DNA from: a virus
Length of the DNA stretch: 48,855 nucleotides
Virus record (IMG/VR): IMGVR_UViG_3300047388_000092
Span: 1-48,855 of that record
Direction: 5' to 3' (one strand)
Under the pieces are notes generated by a model. That model saw only the letters and a program-made list of their open reading frames with translations, did no database searches and was not told the origin of the DNA. A program made the position numbers and the translations under genes. Below, one piece after another: positions 8,381 through 17,996 of this stretch (the stretch's first letter is position 1; the number at the start of each line of letters is the position of its first letter).

Positions 8381-9544
8381 ATGCCTGATGACAATATGGT
8401 CCCCGGTGGTGGAGAGTTGACGAGTGGGTTCAACATAATCCAATCCCTCAAGAACAATAAGCACCTCAAGCAGTTGTCGCAGACTCCAATGTGGCAACAG
8501 CATATGAAGGACATTGGATTTGATGGAGTCTCTGCAAATGATTATCACGCGCATATGGCGATGTTCAATAACATCATGGAGCAAGCGCGTCAGAAAGCTG
8601 GGGAAACTAGAACCGCGGGGGAATTTGAAAAGTTGGGCGGGTTCACTCCACAAGGAGCCGCAGTTCATGAGCAGCAGTTGAGGACTCCTAGCGACATTGA
8701 GGAAGCCAAAGCACGCGCAAGCTTGAACACTGAGCAAGGAAAAACTCTAGGCTTCAAGCGTGGTCAAGAAGAAGCCTATAGTCAAACTCCGATGGGTCTT
8801 CCTGACTTGGCTAGGATGCCACGTGAGGCTGAGAAGCTTCGTGAGGTGGAAACAGGAACTCAAAGACTTCAAGGAGTCGGTGCGATGACCCAAGGACTAG
8901 CTTTCCTTCCTCCAGACCTCCAGCAAAATGCTCGTTCTTTCCTTGGTGGTTTGGTTAAAGGAGTTCCCGGAATTGATGAGTCAGCCTTTGCTCCGGGACC
9001 GGATAAGAATGCTGCGACTCTAAAAGCGATTGAGGATGCTGTGAGGGGAGGACAAAAACCTAATGCTTCAAGAGTTCCTCCTCAAGAACAATCTAATCCT
9101 TTTGTCCCCGAGCCACTTCGAGGAGTCCAAGGGATTGGTGATGTTCCTCCAGAGCAAGCTGCACAATATGCGGAGAAACATATCAATGAAATCACTCAGA
9201 GATTGCAGAAGTATGGACATGGATTAACTCCACAAGGACAAATTATTCCTCCAACTACTCAAACAATCGTTCCTCCTGCAACCACTGGAAGCCCCGGAAT
9301 GATGGGTTGGAATCCTCAAATGTTGCCGCAGACTACTCCAACCACAGCAAATCAAAGGCAAAATGTCCAGATGCAAGCTCAACCACTTCTTCAAGAACTC
9401 CAGAAAAGCATTCAAGGTTTGCAAAGCTTTGGTCAACAACCTTCTCAGCGTGGGCCTCAACCAGATCAGCTTCTTGAACTTCTCATGAATTCCGGTCTCC
9501 CAATCAACGAAATAATGCAACAACTGCTAAGGGGGCAAAAGTAA
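8381..9544 (+). CDS. Internal virion protein candidate (Gln/Pro-rich)
   Basis: 387 aa with a strong Shine-Dalgarno sequence (AGGAGGAAGG) upstream. Low-complexity Gln/Pro/Gly composition. The role is inferred from position only. Confidence 0.4.
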   Translation: MPDDNMVPGGGELTSGFNIIQSLKNNKHLKQLSQTPMWQQHMKDIGFDGVSANDYHAHMAMFNNIMEQARQKAGETRTAGEFEKLGGFTPQGAAVHEQQLRTPSDIEEAKARASLNTEQGKTLGFKRGQEEAYSQTPMGLPDLARMPREAEKLREVETGTQRLQGVGAMTQGLAFLPPDLQQNARSFLGGLVKGVPGIDESAFAPGPDKNAATLKAIEDAVRGGQKPNASRVPPQEQSNPFVPEPLRGVQGIGDVPPEQAAQYAEKHINEITQRLQKYGHGLTPQGQIIPPTTQTIVPPATTGSPGMMGWNPQMLPQTTPTTANQRQNVQMQAQPLLQELQKSIQGLQSFGQQPSQRGPQPDQLLELLMNSGLPINEIMQQLLRGQK

Positions 9545-9993
9545 TGGGACAGATGGTTGGAGGGGCTGCGCAGGGTTTTAGTGAGGCACAGAAACCTTTT
9601 GATTTGACCTCAATCATGTCAATGGGAGGGAACGTGGCAACTATGGCTCCAACTCCTAGTGCTTCTCAACAGCAATCTTCGGTTCCTCAACTAAATCAAC
9701 AGGCTACAGTTGAGGGAGATAATCCTTACCTAAAGCAAATGGACCAAACGAATGGGATGGTTCAGGATTCGCTTAACCAAGCCAAACCGGGAGCACTAAC
9801 CCAAGGAATTCGCAAGGGAGTTAACCAAGCGGAGAACATGTCCCAAATGGGAGCAGGACAGCTAATCGACCATGTGGGCCAAATGTTTGGTGCAAAGCCT
9901 CTCCAACCAAACCTCGTTAGCCTCGGTAACGCCGCGGGTTCTGGTGATGCAATGGCTGGTATCACCCAACTCCTGGGTCTCTTTGGCCTCTAA
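9544..9993 (+). CDS. Internal virion protein candidate (Gln/Met/Gly-rich)
   Basis: 149 aa. The start overlaps the previous stop (TAATG). Confidence 0.4.
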   Translation: MGQMVGGAAQGFSEAQKPFDLTSIMSMGGNVATMAPTPSASQQQSSVPQLNQQATVEGDNPYLKQMDQTNGMVQDSLNQAKPGALTQGIRKGVNQAENMSQMGAGQLIDHVGQMFGAKPLQPNLVSLGNAAGSGDAMAGITQLLGLFGL

Positions 9994-9994
9994 A

Positions 9995-10017
9995 ACAATT
10001 TCAATCATTGAAAATGT
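9995..10017 (+). repeat. Start-associated palindromic motif, copy 3 (ACAATTTCAA TCA TTGAAAATGT)
   Basis: Occupies the spacer between the stop TAA (9991-9993) and the ATG at 10018 of the giant ORF. Confidence 0.9.
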
Positions 10018-13000
10018 ATGGATAATTCTCAAGTTCCAGAAACTGGTATCCAAACCTCCGCACCACCAAAGCCTCTTGACTACGCCGGAGTCATGGACCT
10101 GTGGTCAAGGATTAAGGACAATCCAGCCATCAAGCAACAATTCCCGGATATGGGGGCAATGTCTCGTTGGTATGGGCAACAGACGGGTTCACCATTGTTG
10201 GCAGCAGGGGAGAAACCAAGCAAGATTAAGGACATTTCAGTTGGCCTTGACAAGTTGCTTGAAAAGACAGGCTTACCCGCGACGGCTGGTCAGGCAGTTG
10301 GAGGTCTTTATGAGAAGCTTGGACTCAAAAGGGAATCTGGGGAGCAACTAGGCCAAAGCCTCCCTCGTTCCTTCGCAGAAGTTGGTGCCCTTCTTGGTGG
10401 TGCGGCGATGATGGGAACTCCTGCCGCGCCGCTTGGAGCTGGTCTAATGGCCGCTGGTATTGCTTCACCAGCCGCTAAGACCTACGAGGAAACCGGCTCT
10501 CCCGTTGCTGGCCTTATCACAGGTGGGCTTCAAGCCGCACTTCCTGCTTCGGGTAGTCTAGGCCGCGCGGCTTTGGCTCCGGTTGGTCGAGCGTTGCTTG
10601 GTAAGGAAGTTCTCGACCAAGGAGTTAAGCAAATCATTCCAAGGTTCACAGGGAAAGGTGGGGAACTAATGATGAAAGCATTTGACTACCTTGGAGGTCA
10701 AGCGGGGGTTCTTGGGAACATGGAGGCTTCTAATGTGGGGGTTAACCTAGCCATTGGACAAAGTCCAGATTTCTCAGCCGAACATTGGGCAGGTCTAGGT
10801 CTTCAAATGCTTCCCACACTTCCTTTTGAGGTCAAAGCTGCAATTAAAGGACCAGAGCTTTCTCCAACAGGCCAACGGCCGTTCAACAGCTTTCTCGAAC
10901 AAAGCATGGCGGCTAAGAACCTCCAGAATCAATCAGTGGACAAAGCTGCCAAAGCCAAAGCTGTGGTCAATCGAATGCAAACCACAGAGGCAAGCCAGAA
11001 GACTCGTGTGGAAGGCAATGCGTCTGCTTATGATCCTTTTGACCCCTCGCAAGCTTTCGACATTTCCCACGCCTACAGTTCCTTCGGCGATTGGACCCGC
11101 GATGAGAATTCGACTCCTTCGGAAACCACAATGGGGATTAAGTCAGCTCAGCCTGCCCAGACAAGCCCGCGGTGGAAAGTGGGTGACGCGATTGCGATGC
11201 GGAATGGGGACATGAAAGTCACCCGAGTTGAACCCGGAGAAACACCTTATTATGAACTCAAAAACGACAAAGGATTCACACTTGGAATACCAGAGTCAAA
11301 TCTCATCCCTGAACAAGCAGCGAAAGCAATTGTTGCTACTGCAAGCGATCCTGTCAATGTCCCTACCACAGTTGAGAAAATGGCTGCTACGATGGTTGCA
11401 TCTAACGAAGTCAAAGGAGCAACTGGAGAACCTGCGGTTTCTGACCAGACGCTCATTGGTAAGATTGGAGAACAAGTTGATTCAGGAGCGGGACAAGGAG
11501 AAGCGGCGATTAAGGCGTCGAGAGCTATATTGAACGATGCGGTGAATTCGGTTGAGAAGTTAAATTGGGTTCACGAGGAAATGAAAAATCGTGGTTTAGA
11601 CCCTAATCGAACTTTCAACGATATTGACTTAGCCAATCCATCCGTGGTTGATGCAATCAAAAAAGACCCAACTTTAACTGAGGAGCAAAAAAGTCAACTT
11701 CTTAAAACTGGTTCTTTGAAACCTTTTTCAAAATCAACCAAAACTTGGCAAGAGTTGCGTGGTCAAGATGAAAAATTACAACAAAATATATCAAATTGGT
11801 TAGAAGGAACTGGACCAAAACCGGAAGAACCTACCACTTTGTATAGGGGAGTTCCTTCTGGAACTGAGCCAAAAGTCAATGAGAAATATACGCACACTTC
11901 TCCTTGGGGATACGTGGCTTCTCGTGGTGGTAAAGGTGCATTTGGTGATCCACGAGCATATGAAGTCCACGAAGCAAAAGCACAAAAAGGACATTTATAC
12001 TATCGTGGTGGTGCTCTTTCTGAATCACCTTTAGAGTCAACTCGGATAATGAACGCTAAGGGTATGACTTGGAATCAAGTTTTGGATGAGGGAAAAAAAT
12101 TATTTGATAGTAGAGTAACTAGAAGGTTAGCACGTTTGCAAAAAACAAATCCTGATTTTGCTGATTGGTCTGAAGTCGATCTTGAACAAGCAAGAAGTGA
12201 TGCAATTCGAGATGAACGCAATCGTGTTATTCATGATATACAAGTAGCTTCTTTTGAAGCCGACTTGAAAAATAAGCCGGGTCAATGGGCAAGTGGTAAT
12301 TTACCTAAAAAAGCAAATCGTCCGAATCCTGTTCTTCTTACTAGAGATGAAATAGACACTGCTTTGAAGAACAAACCACTTTCTGTCATTGAAGCAGTTT
12401 CCGATGGTGCGGAAAGAGATAAGGCAACAATGAAAGAGAACGCACCTGTTCTTGGTGCCCCAGTCACCCTCGAAGAAGCACAGGTTCACAAACCCAAAAT
12501 CTCCCAAAAAGAACTTGATCGCGTCAACGTTGTCATGGAGCAAATGCTCAACGGGCAGATTCAATGGAGGCTTGACACGAAGAAGAATAAGTGGCAATTC
12601 ACCTATTCCGACTACGCCGCCGAGGATTTGTTCAAGGCTTTTGGAACGAACAAGGATTCTATTGCGAACTGGTTGAGGTTGAATCGTGGTCTGTTACAAA
12701 AAATCATGGGTGACCGCTTGGCCAAAGGTGGCAAGATTGAGGCTTCAGGTGACTTCCAGCCTTTTGGTTCGACTCCGGAGTTGGTTGGGATTCCAACACA
12801 AATGCCACTTAACATTCCTCTTGGAGCTTCGGCTAGGTTATTCTTCCGCGACTACTTCCTCCGAAAAGGATATGGTGCAGAGAATGCCGAGCACTTGGCA
12901 GAAATTTCACAAAGAGTGGGTTCTTTGTTTCCAGAAATTGACAATATCCATCTGGCCAAGTTGACGACCTCAGAGTTCCTCCAAGGGAAGCTTTTTGGTA

Positions 13001-16000
13001 TTTTCCAACACACCGAACAAGGCTTGATTGGGATTTCTGATACCGAGGCTATTCGTGGAAACCGACCTTTCAATCAGTTCTTCAAGCTAGCCACCTTTGG
13101 TCATGAAGCCTCGCATGGACTCATTCGCGCCTACAACGAAGGCAAGCTTGACCCTGAGCGTGCACAGATGATGAGGAATGTCATTGATACCGTTTCCAAC
13201 TATAATGGAATCGAGAGACAAACCATCATGAACGACCTCTTCAAAATGGTTGTTCCCAAGGAAATCCAAAACGATCCTAATGTCAAAGACTTCATCAATC
13301 GCGCGGTGATCTCATCCTCAGAAACCCCCGCGGAGTTTGTGGCGGAATATGGGGCACTCATGGCGCTTGGATTGTCTAGTCCTGCGGAGTTCAAGGGGAC
13401 AGCAAGCGATTTGCGTCAATATATTCTCTTTTCACCTAAGCACCTTGGAGAGTTCGCCGCAGGCAACTTCCTTGACATGGCGAATATGGCTGAGGCTGTG
13501 GGGCATTATTTGAATGTTTATGGGGGGAGATCGAACGCAATGGCTGTGGATGTGACAAATATGTCCAAAGCGTTTCAGAGGCTTGCAAGAACCAAGCAAG
13601 AGATGGAACAAATTGAAAGACAGTTGGTCAAGTTCAACAACAACCTCGAAGGCGGCATGCCTAGTTTCTACGGCCAAATCTACGCGCAGGAGGTTCGCAC
13701 TCGTAATGCTTTTGGTGGGAAGATGGATGAGACATTGAGGGACATGGATGCGCAGTTCATTGCAGCAGCTAAGAGTCCCAACTTTGGTCTTGAACCAAAC
13801 TTCTATGAAAGGAACTTCCTTCCGGCAGCACAATTTGCCGAGAGGTTTCCAATTTGCAAACCAATCATCGATGTGGCCTATGGTTTTCGTAGCCTTGCAA
13901 ACCAATTCGGAATGAACCTTCTTCGTCCATTCATGGGAGCGGACAAGAAAGGGAAGCTCACCCTTGACCCGGAGCATTCAGGTTTGACTAGAATCCTCCA
14001 AGACCCCAAGCTCCAAGATGCTATCAGTGCAGTTTTCCTTGAGCAGAACGCCCGGATGAAAGAAGGGAAGGTTCAAGAGCCAATGACTCCTCAGGAAATC
14101 TCTGACGTAGCCTCGCGGTTTGGAGTTGGCAAGAATGATGCGGACATAATTGTGAATCAATTTGGAGCCACAATGCAAGCAATGCAACAAGCTAGGGAGA
14201 CTAGACTCCGCGCGGGAATTCAAAGAGTTGGAGTTACTGTGGCTCATCGTTTTTTGGGAGTCAATGGACTTGATGCAACCTCCGCACATTATTATGGCAC
14301 TCAACTTTCAGAGGCCATGTGGGAGAAGTCTTTGGCCACTCAAGAAGGGAATTTGGTTGCTGCTCAACAAGCTGATTTGCAACTTCAATCTATTGCCAAA
14401 GTTGTTGGTCCTGAACCTTTTCAAAATGCGGTTAATGATGCTACGGATTTACACAAGATTTTAGCCACTCAAAAAACCGCCGATGACGCTCAACCCTTTT
14501 ACACCCCCGAGGTTCGTCTTGGGCGCTATTTTGTTCGCTACACCTTCACAGACAACGAGAAGCCCTTTGTGATGGGTTACAAGACTAGAGCTGAGATGGA
14601 AGCTCAAGTTCAGAAAGCGCAAGGAATGGCTAACGTCAACTCGGATTCTATCAATGTCTGGGACGCGGCAGATAAGAGGTCAGATAGCAATTTGTTGAAC
14701 TCCAACGCAGCTAGAGCTTATACCCAGTTGGAGAAGGCTGCTTTTGACAAAGCCAAAGCAATCTCACTTTCCCGCGATCCTGAGTTGGAATCAGTGTTCG
14801 ACAAGCTTAGCTATCAACCGGGTGAAGCAGTTTACAAAGAAATGCTTGCTCGTGGTATGGGAAAGCACACTCTCCAGCGCTCCTTAACACCCGGCCGAGA
14901 ACAGTTGAATATGATGGAAGGAGTGGTTAGCTATCTCAATGGACTAGGGGCTGGCTTGTCCAAGAATTATACCAAAGACCTTGCGATGCTTCACTTGTCC
15001 GATCCTTCCATGACAGAGAACCCCAAGGTTCGTAATTTGATGAGAGATTACATTTCCCAAGTGGTGGACCCTCCCGCGAAGGAATGGGGGAAAGTCAAGA
15101 TGGGAATTTTCCTGTCCACGCTTGGGATGAACTTTTCCTCGATTGTGGTCGAAAGGCTGCAACCCTTATTTTCTTTGGTTCCTTACCTCACCCAAAACGG
15201 TTCTGGAATAATGGGGAGTTACAAATATATGGGAAAGGCTTGGGGACTTCTCTCCAAGCTCAAAGTTGAGCAAGGAAAGATGTCGGGGATTGACCCTGAA
15301 CTTTCCAATGCTCTCTCTAAAGCTGTCGAGAACAAAGTTGTTGACTATGGAATCTATGACGAACTCCCACATCAAAGTGACCTCCAAATTACCAATCTGC
15401 GCAACCTCGCAACTAATTCACCAAATGTCATCAAGTCAGCTGCCAGCCTCGCAACAAAGCCTCTCGCTGCTTACGCAAGCTTTGCTAGAAACCTATACAC
15501 AAATCAGGCTTCGACAAGTTCAAGAACTGCTTTCTTGGCCTCGTATTTACTTGGAAAAGACAAGGGAATGTCACCTGATGCAGCTTACAACTTTGCCACC
15601 CAAGCAACACGAGCAACCATGCATGGTGGAGGTTCTGCTGCCCGTCCCATTGGGGCCTTTAATAACTTGGGAAAGCTTTATGGTGCTGCCAGTGCCCTCT
15701 ACTGCCTCCAGCATTATACCACAAGTTCCATTGGAATGTTATACCGCATGGCAATGGACGGATTTTCTTCTAAGAGACAAGAGGGCATGTCGAGTGAGCA
15801 GATTAGCAACATGAAGAAAGGGTTCACGCAGATGTTTGTGACGCAGGTTGCGGCATCTGGTGCAATGGGACTTCCTTTTCTTGGTTTTGCCGCAGCAGGG
15901 TTAGAGCAGCTTTTGCCGAACGCTCAGATTAAAGCTAACCTTCGTGAAGGATTGGCGTCCCTTGGAGGTGACGACCAAGAAACTGGCCAAGCAATCTCCG

Positions 16001-16914
16001 ACGCGGTCATGAATGGCTTCGCAACCAAAGCCCTTGGACTTGGCGCGATTGATGTCTCTGGAAGATTTGGACTAGGCCAAATGCTTGGTGTGGACAATAC
16101 AACCGGATTCAACGCGGCTGGTTTCTTTGGCGCTGGTGCGAGCGTGCTCCAGAACTTTGCACGTGGGATTCAGTTGGCCTCGGAGGGAAAGTATGCCCTA
16201 GGAGCTGCTGCTGCTGCACCATCAGCTTTCAAACAACTCATCAAAATGGTCCACAATGATTGGGACATTAGGGATGAACATGGTGCCCTAATTTACCACC
16301 CGTCAGACTTTGAAAAAGTAGCCTCAGTGCTTGGATTTCATCCCAAGAAAATGTCTGAGATTCGCGAGCAAACAGAATTATCTCAACGTGCATCGGATAT
16401 TGCATCGCGACAACTTCGAGATTTTCACGAAGAGCTTTCAGTCCAACTACAAAACGGAGAGATTCCTCGAGTCCGTGCGGAGTTGTTGGAAAAGCATAAG
16501 CAAGACCCAACCTACGACCCTGCCGCTGGATTAGCTGAAGTGGTTCAAATGTGGCAAGACCGGATGACCCCGAAGGTGCCGGGTCAACAAGGGTCCAAGG
16601 GTTCATTATTCCAGAGGGAACAGATTGGTCAGACATTTGAACAACAAGCTCCGTTATCCGCGACGCAACTCTATCTTCAACGAAAGCAAATGGAAGCTAA
16701 GTTTGGCCTCCCCGGAACAGGAAGTCCAAGTCATCGGGAGTTGACTCAAGCGGAGATGGTTGACCGTTTGCGCCAGATGCACCCTGGCCTTTCTCTCCAG
16801 CACGCGCAAGCAGTTGTTGAACAGCAGATGGGACAAACTCGGTCAATGCGAGCATCTCCTTTTGTCCCGATTTCCACCGAACCAGGCGTCCGGACTGGTG
16901 CAGGTGGTCCCTAG
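10018..16914 (+). CDS. Giant internal virion / DNA-ejection protein with zincin-like HExxH motif
   Basis: Uninterrupted 2,298-aa ORF at the end of the structural arm. It has Gly/Ala-rich hydrophobic stretches near both ends, e.g. GALLGGAAMMGTPAAPLGAGLMAAGIA and VAASGAMGLPFLGFAAAGL. An HEASH motif lies at nt 13102-13116 (aa 1029-1033) with a downstream AEFVAEYG. Confidence 0.7.
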   Translation: MDNSQVPETGIQTSAPPKPLDYAGVMDLWSRIKDNPAIKQQFPDMGAMSRWYGQQTGSPLLAAGEKPSKIKDISVGLDKLLEKTGLPATAGQAVGGLYEKLGLKRESGEQLGQSLPRSFAEVGALLGGAAMMGTPAAPLGAGLMAAGIASPAAKTYEETGSPVAGLITGGLQAALPASGSLGRAALAPVGRALLGKEVLDQGVKQIIPRFTGKGGELMMKAFDYLGGQAGVLGNMEASNVGVNLAIGQSPDFSAEHWAGLGLQMLPTLPFEVKAAIKGPELSPTGQRPFNSFLEQSMAAKNLQNQSVDKAAKAKAVVNRMQTTEASQKTRVEGNASAYDPFDPSQAFDISHAYSSFGDWTRDENSTPSETTMGIKSAQPAQTSPRWKVGDAIAMRNGDMKVTRVEPGETPYYELKNDKGFTLGIPESNLIPEQAAKAIVATASDPVNVPTTVEKMAATMVASNEVKGATGEPAVSDQTLIGKIGEQVDSGAGQGEAAIKASRAILNDAVNSVEKLNWVHEEMKNRGLDPNRTFNDIDLANPSVVDAIKKDPTLTEEQKSQLLKTGSLKPFSKSTKTWQELRGQDEKLQQNISNWLEGTGPKPEEPTTLYRGVPSGTEPKVNEKYTHTSPWGYVASRGGKGAFGDPRAYEVHEAKAQKGHLYYRGGALSESPLESTRIMNAKGMTWNQVLDEGKKLFDSRVTRRLARLQKTNPDFADWSEVDLEQARSDAIRDERNRVIHDIQVASFEADLKNKPGQWASGNLPKKANRPNPVLLTRDEIDTALKNKPLSVIEAVSDGAERDKATMKENAPVLGAPVTLEEAQVHKPKISQKELDRVNVVMEQMLNGQIQWRLDTKKNKWQFTYSDYAAEDLFKAFGTNKDSIANWLRLNRGLLQKIMGDRLAKGGKIEASGDFQPFGSTPELVGIPTQMPLNIPLGASARLFFRDYFLRKGYGAENAEHLAEISQRVGSLFPEIDNIHLAKLTTSEFLQGKLFGIFQHTEQGLIGISDTEAIRGNRPFNQFFKLATFGHEASHGLIRAYNEGKLDPERAQMMRNVIDTVSNYNGIERQTIMNDLFKMVVPKEIQNDPNVKDFINRAVISSSETPAEFVAEYGALMALGLSSPAEFKGTASDLRQYILFSPKHLGEFAAGNFLDMANMAEAVGHYLNVYGGRSNAMAVDVTNMSKAFQRLARTKQEMEQIERQLVKFNNNLEGGMPSFYGQIYAQEVRTRNAFGGKMDETLRDMDAQFIAAAKSPNFGLEPNFYERNFLPAAQFAERFPICKPIIDVAYGFRSLANQFGMNLLRPFMGADKKGKLTLDPEHSGLTRILQDPKLQDAISAVFLEQNARMKEGKVQEPMTPQEISDVASRFGVGKNDADIIVNQFGATMQAMQQARETRLRAGIQRVGVTVAHRFLGVNGLDATSAHYYGTQLSEAMWEKSLATQEGNLVAAQQADLQLQSIAKVVGPEPFQNAVNDATDLHKILATQKTADDAQPFYTPEVRLGRYFVRYTFTDNEKPFVMGYKTRAEMEAQVQKAQGMANVNSDSINVWDAADKRSDSNLLNSNAARAYTQLEKAAFDKAKAISLSRDPELESVFDKLSYQPGEAVYKEMLARGMGKHTLQRSLTPGREQLNMMEGVVSYLNGLGAGLSKNYTKDLAMLHLSDPSMTENPKVRNLMRDYISQVVDPPAKEWGKVKMGIFLSTLGMNFSSIVVERLQPLFSLVPYLTQNGSGIMGSYKYMGKAWGLLSKLKVEQGKMSGIDPELSNALSKAVENKVVDYGIYDELPHQSDLQITNLRNLATNSPNVIKSAASLATKPLAAYASFARNLYTNQASTSSRTAFLASYLLGKDKGMSPDAAYNFATQATRATMHGGGSAARPIGAFNNLGKLYGAASALYCLQHYTTSSIGMLYRMAMDGFSSKRQEGMSSEQISNMKKGFTQMFVTQVAASGAMGLPFLGFAAAGLEQLLPNAQIKANLREGLASLGGDDQETGQAISDAVMNGFATKALGLGAIDVSGRFGLGQMLGVDNTTGFNAAGFFGAGASVLQNFARGIQLASEGKYALGAAAAAPSAFKQLIKMVHNDWDIRDEHGALIYHPSDFEKVASVLGFHPKKMSEIREQTELSQRASDIASRQLRDFHEELSVQLQNGEIPRVRAELLEKHKQDPTYDPAAGLAEVVQMWQDRMTPKVPGQQGSKGSLFQREQIGQTFEQQAPLSATQLYLQRKQMEAKFGLPGTGSPSHRELTQAEMVDRLRQMHPGLSLQHAQAVVEQQMGQTRSMRASPFVPISTEPGVRTGAGGP

Positions 16915-17977
16915 CATTGTTGTAGTCCTGCTCATTGGCGTCGTTCCAAAGGATTGAACGGAGCTGCTTCTCGGACATTTCCGCGCGGTGCATTTCGAGG
17001 ACTTGGATCATTTTGTTGGTGACTTGGGTTAGCTCGTTCCGTCCGATGCCTTGAAACACTTGAGGCAACTTCTTCTCAACAGAGCCTAGCAAGTCCAGAG
17101 CTGTCCTCAAGTGCGCCTCCTCGATCATTAGGCTAGTTCCCTCGCTAAGAGCCACAAGCATGGAAATCTTGAGAACAAGAACGTGCTTGGAATCATAGTA
17201 TCCTTGAAGGGAAATATCCTTCGTTTCCTCCATTTCCAAATACCATTTTTCGAAGAACGCTTTGGCATTTGGTGCCCATAGGAATTGGCCGACGACTCCT
17301 TTCAGTCTCCTTCCATGCTGCACGCATCTATCCCATGCGTCTTTTTGTTCTGGTGTAACCTTCGGAAATGGGACTCTCCTAGCTTTGGTCGTTTCAAATA
17401 CGAACAAATTACGACGACTAAAACCACCAGATAGCACATCGTCACGTAGATGACGAGTAATCCATTCCGGAGTGTCGCAAGCAAGGATGCAGAGGAACGG
17501 GTTGGTGATGATGATGTCTTCTTTATTCCGGGTTTTGTAGTCATAGTAATCTTGGTCCCAAACTGCTACGGTGAAGGAGATCATGTTTTGGAGAGAGACT
17601 CCAAGGAAGTCTTTGAGTTCTCCCACGCAAACCGTCATTGGCATATAGGTCTTTGGTTGGCCGTTGACAAGATAAGCGATTTCGTTGGAGGACATTTGTT
17701 TGATTAGGCCTTCGCGGGACTCAAGCTGCGCGGCGAAATGTGTATCTCCAATCTGTCGCATCATATCTTTCGAGAGAAACATAGCAGTAGATTTACGATT
17801 GCCAGCTGGACCAACCAACACAACATAGATGTTCGGATATATCCATTGATGACCATAATCAATCCACACCCGACGACCAACAGTTGAAGCAAGAGCAACA
17901 AAAGCGCTCCAGACGTGATAGTTTGTATGGGCTTCATTACATTCGTTGAAGAAAAGGTAGTCTCGAAGAAAAGACAT
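16697..17977 (-). CDS. P-loop NTPase, replicative helicase candidate (SF3 / VirE-D5-like)
   Basis: Walker A GPAGNRKST lies about 60 aa from the N-terminus, followed by an acidic strand VCVGE. The track start (TTG at 18004) only translates motif copy 4, so the ATG at 17977 inside the motif is preferred. The 3' end overlaps the giant ORF by 218 nt. Confidence 0.6.
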   Translation of the reverse strand: MSFLRDYLFFNECNEAHTNYHVWSAFVALASTVGRRVWIDYGHQWIYPNIYVVLVGPAGNRKSTAMFLSKDMMRQIGDTHFAAQLESREGLIKQMSSNEIAYLVNGQPKTYMPMTVCVGELKDFLGVSLQNMISFTVAVWDQDYYDYKTRNKEDIIITNPFLCILACDTPEWITRHLRDDVLSGGFSRRNLFVFETTKARRVPFPKVTPEQKDAWDRCVQHGRRLKGVVGQFLWAPNAKAFFEKWYLEMEETKDISLQGYYDSKHVLVLKISMLVALSEGTSLMIEEAHLRTALDLLGSVEKKLPQVFQGIGRNELTQVTNKMIQVLEMHRAEMSEKQLRSILWNDANEQDYNNARDHLHQSGRLVRWKSGQKEMLALTEFVPSAVQQLLARAGEKGQGASGANGQPSPLESTPDDLDFLFRGGQT

Positions 17978-17996
17978 ATTCAATCGTTGAATTTGT
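17974..17996 (-). repeat. Start-associated palindromic motif, copy 4 (minus strand: ACAAATTCAA CGA TTGAATATGT)
   Basis: Abuts the polymerase stop codon (TGA, 17997-17999). Its internal ATG (17977-17975) is in frame with the helicase-like ORF. Confidence 0.9.

Noticed and set aside
11815-12060. ADP-ribosyltransferase-like R-S-E pattern in the giant protein (TLYRGV ... THTSPWG ... YEVHEAK)
   Set aside because: The spacing is too short (about 17 aa from R to S, about 24 aa from S to E). The last element is ExxE, not (Q/E)xE. This is most likely a chance resemblance.
10018-16914. Could the 2,298-aa protein be a virion-packaged RNA polymerase (N4-like or crAss-like) that reads the hairpin-like 23-bp motif?
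   Set aside because: Scanning the translation by eye, I found no DxDxD/NADFDGD-type metal-binding motif. I also found no T7-like motifs (Rx3Kx7YG, HDS-type motif C). The idea is kept only as one hypothesis for the motif and needs profile or structure searches.
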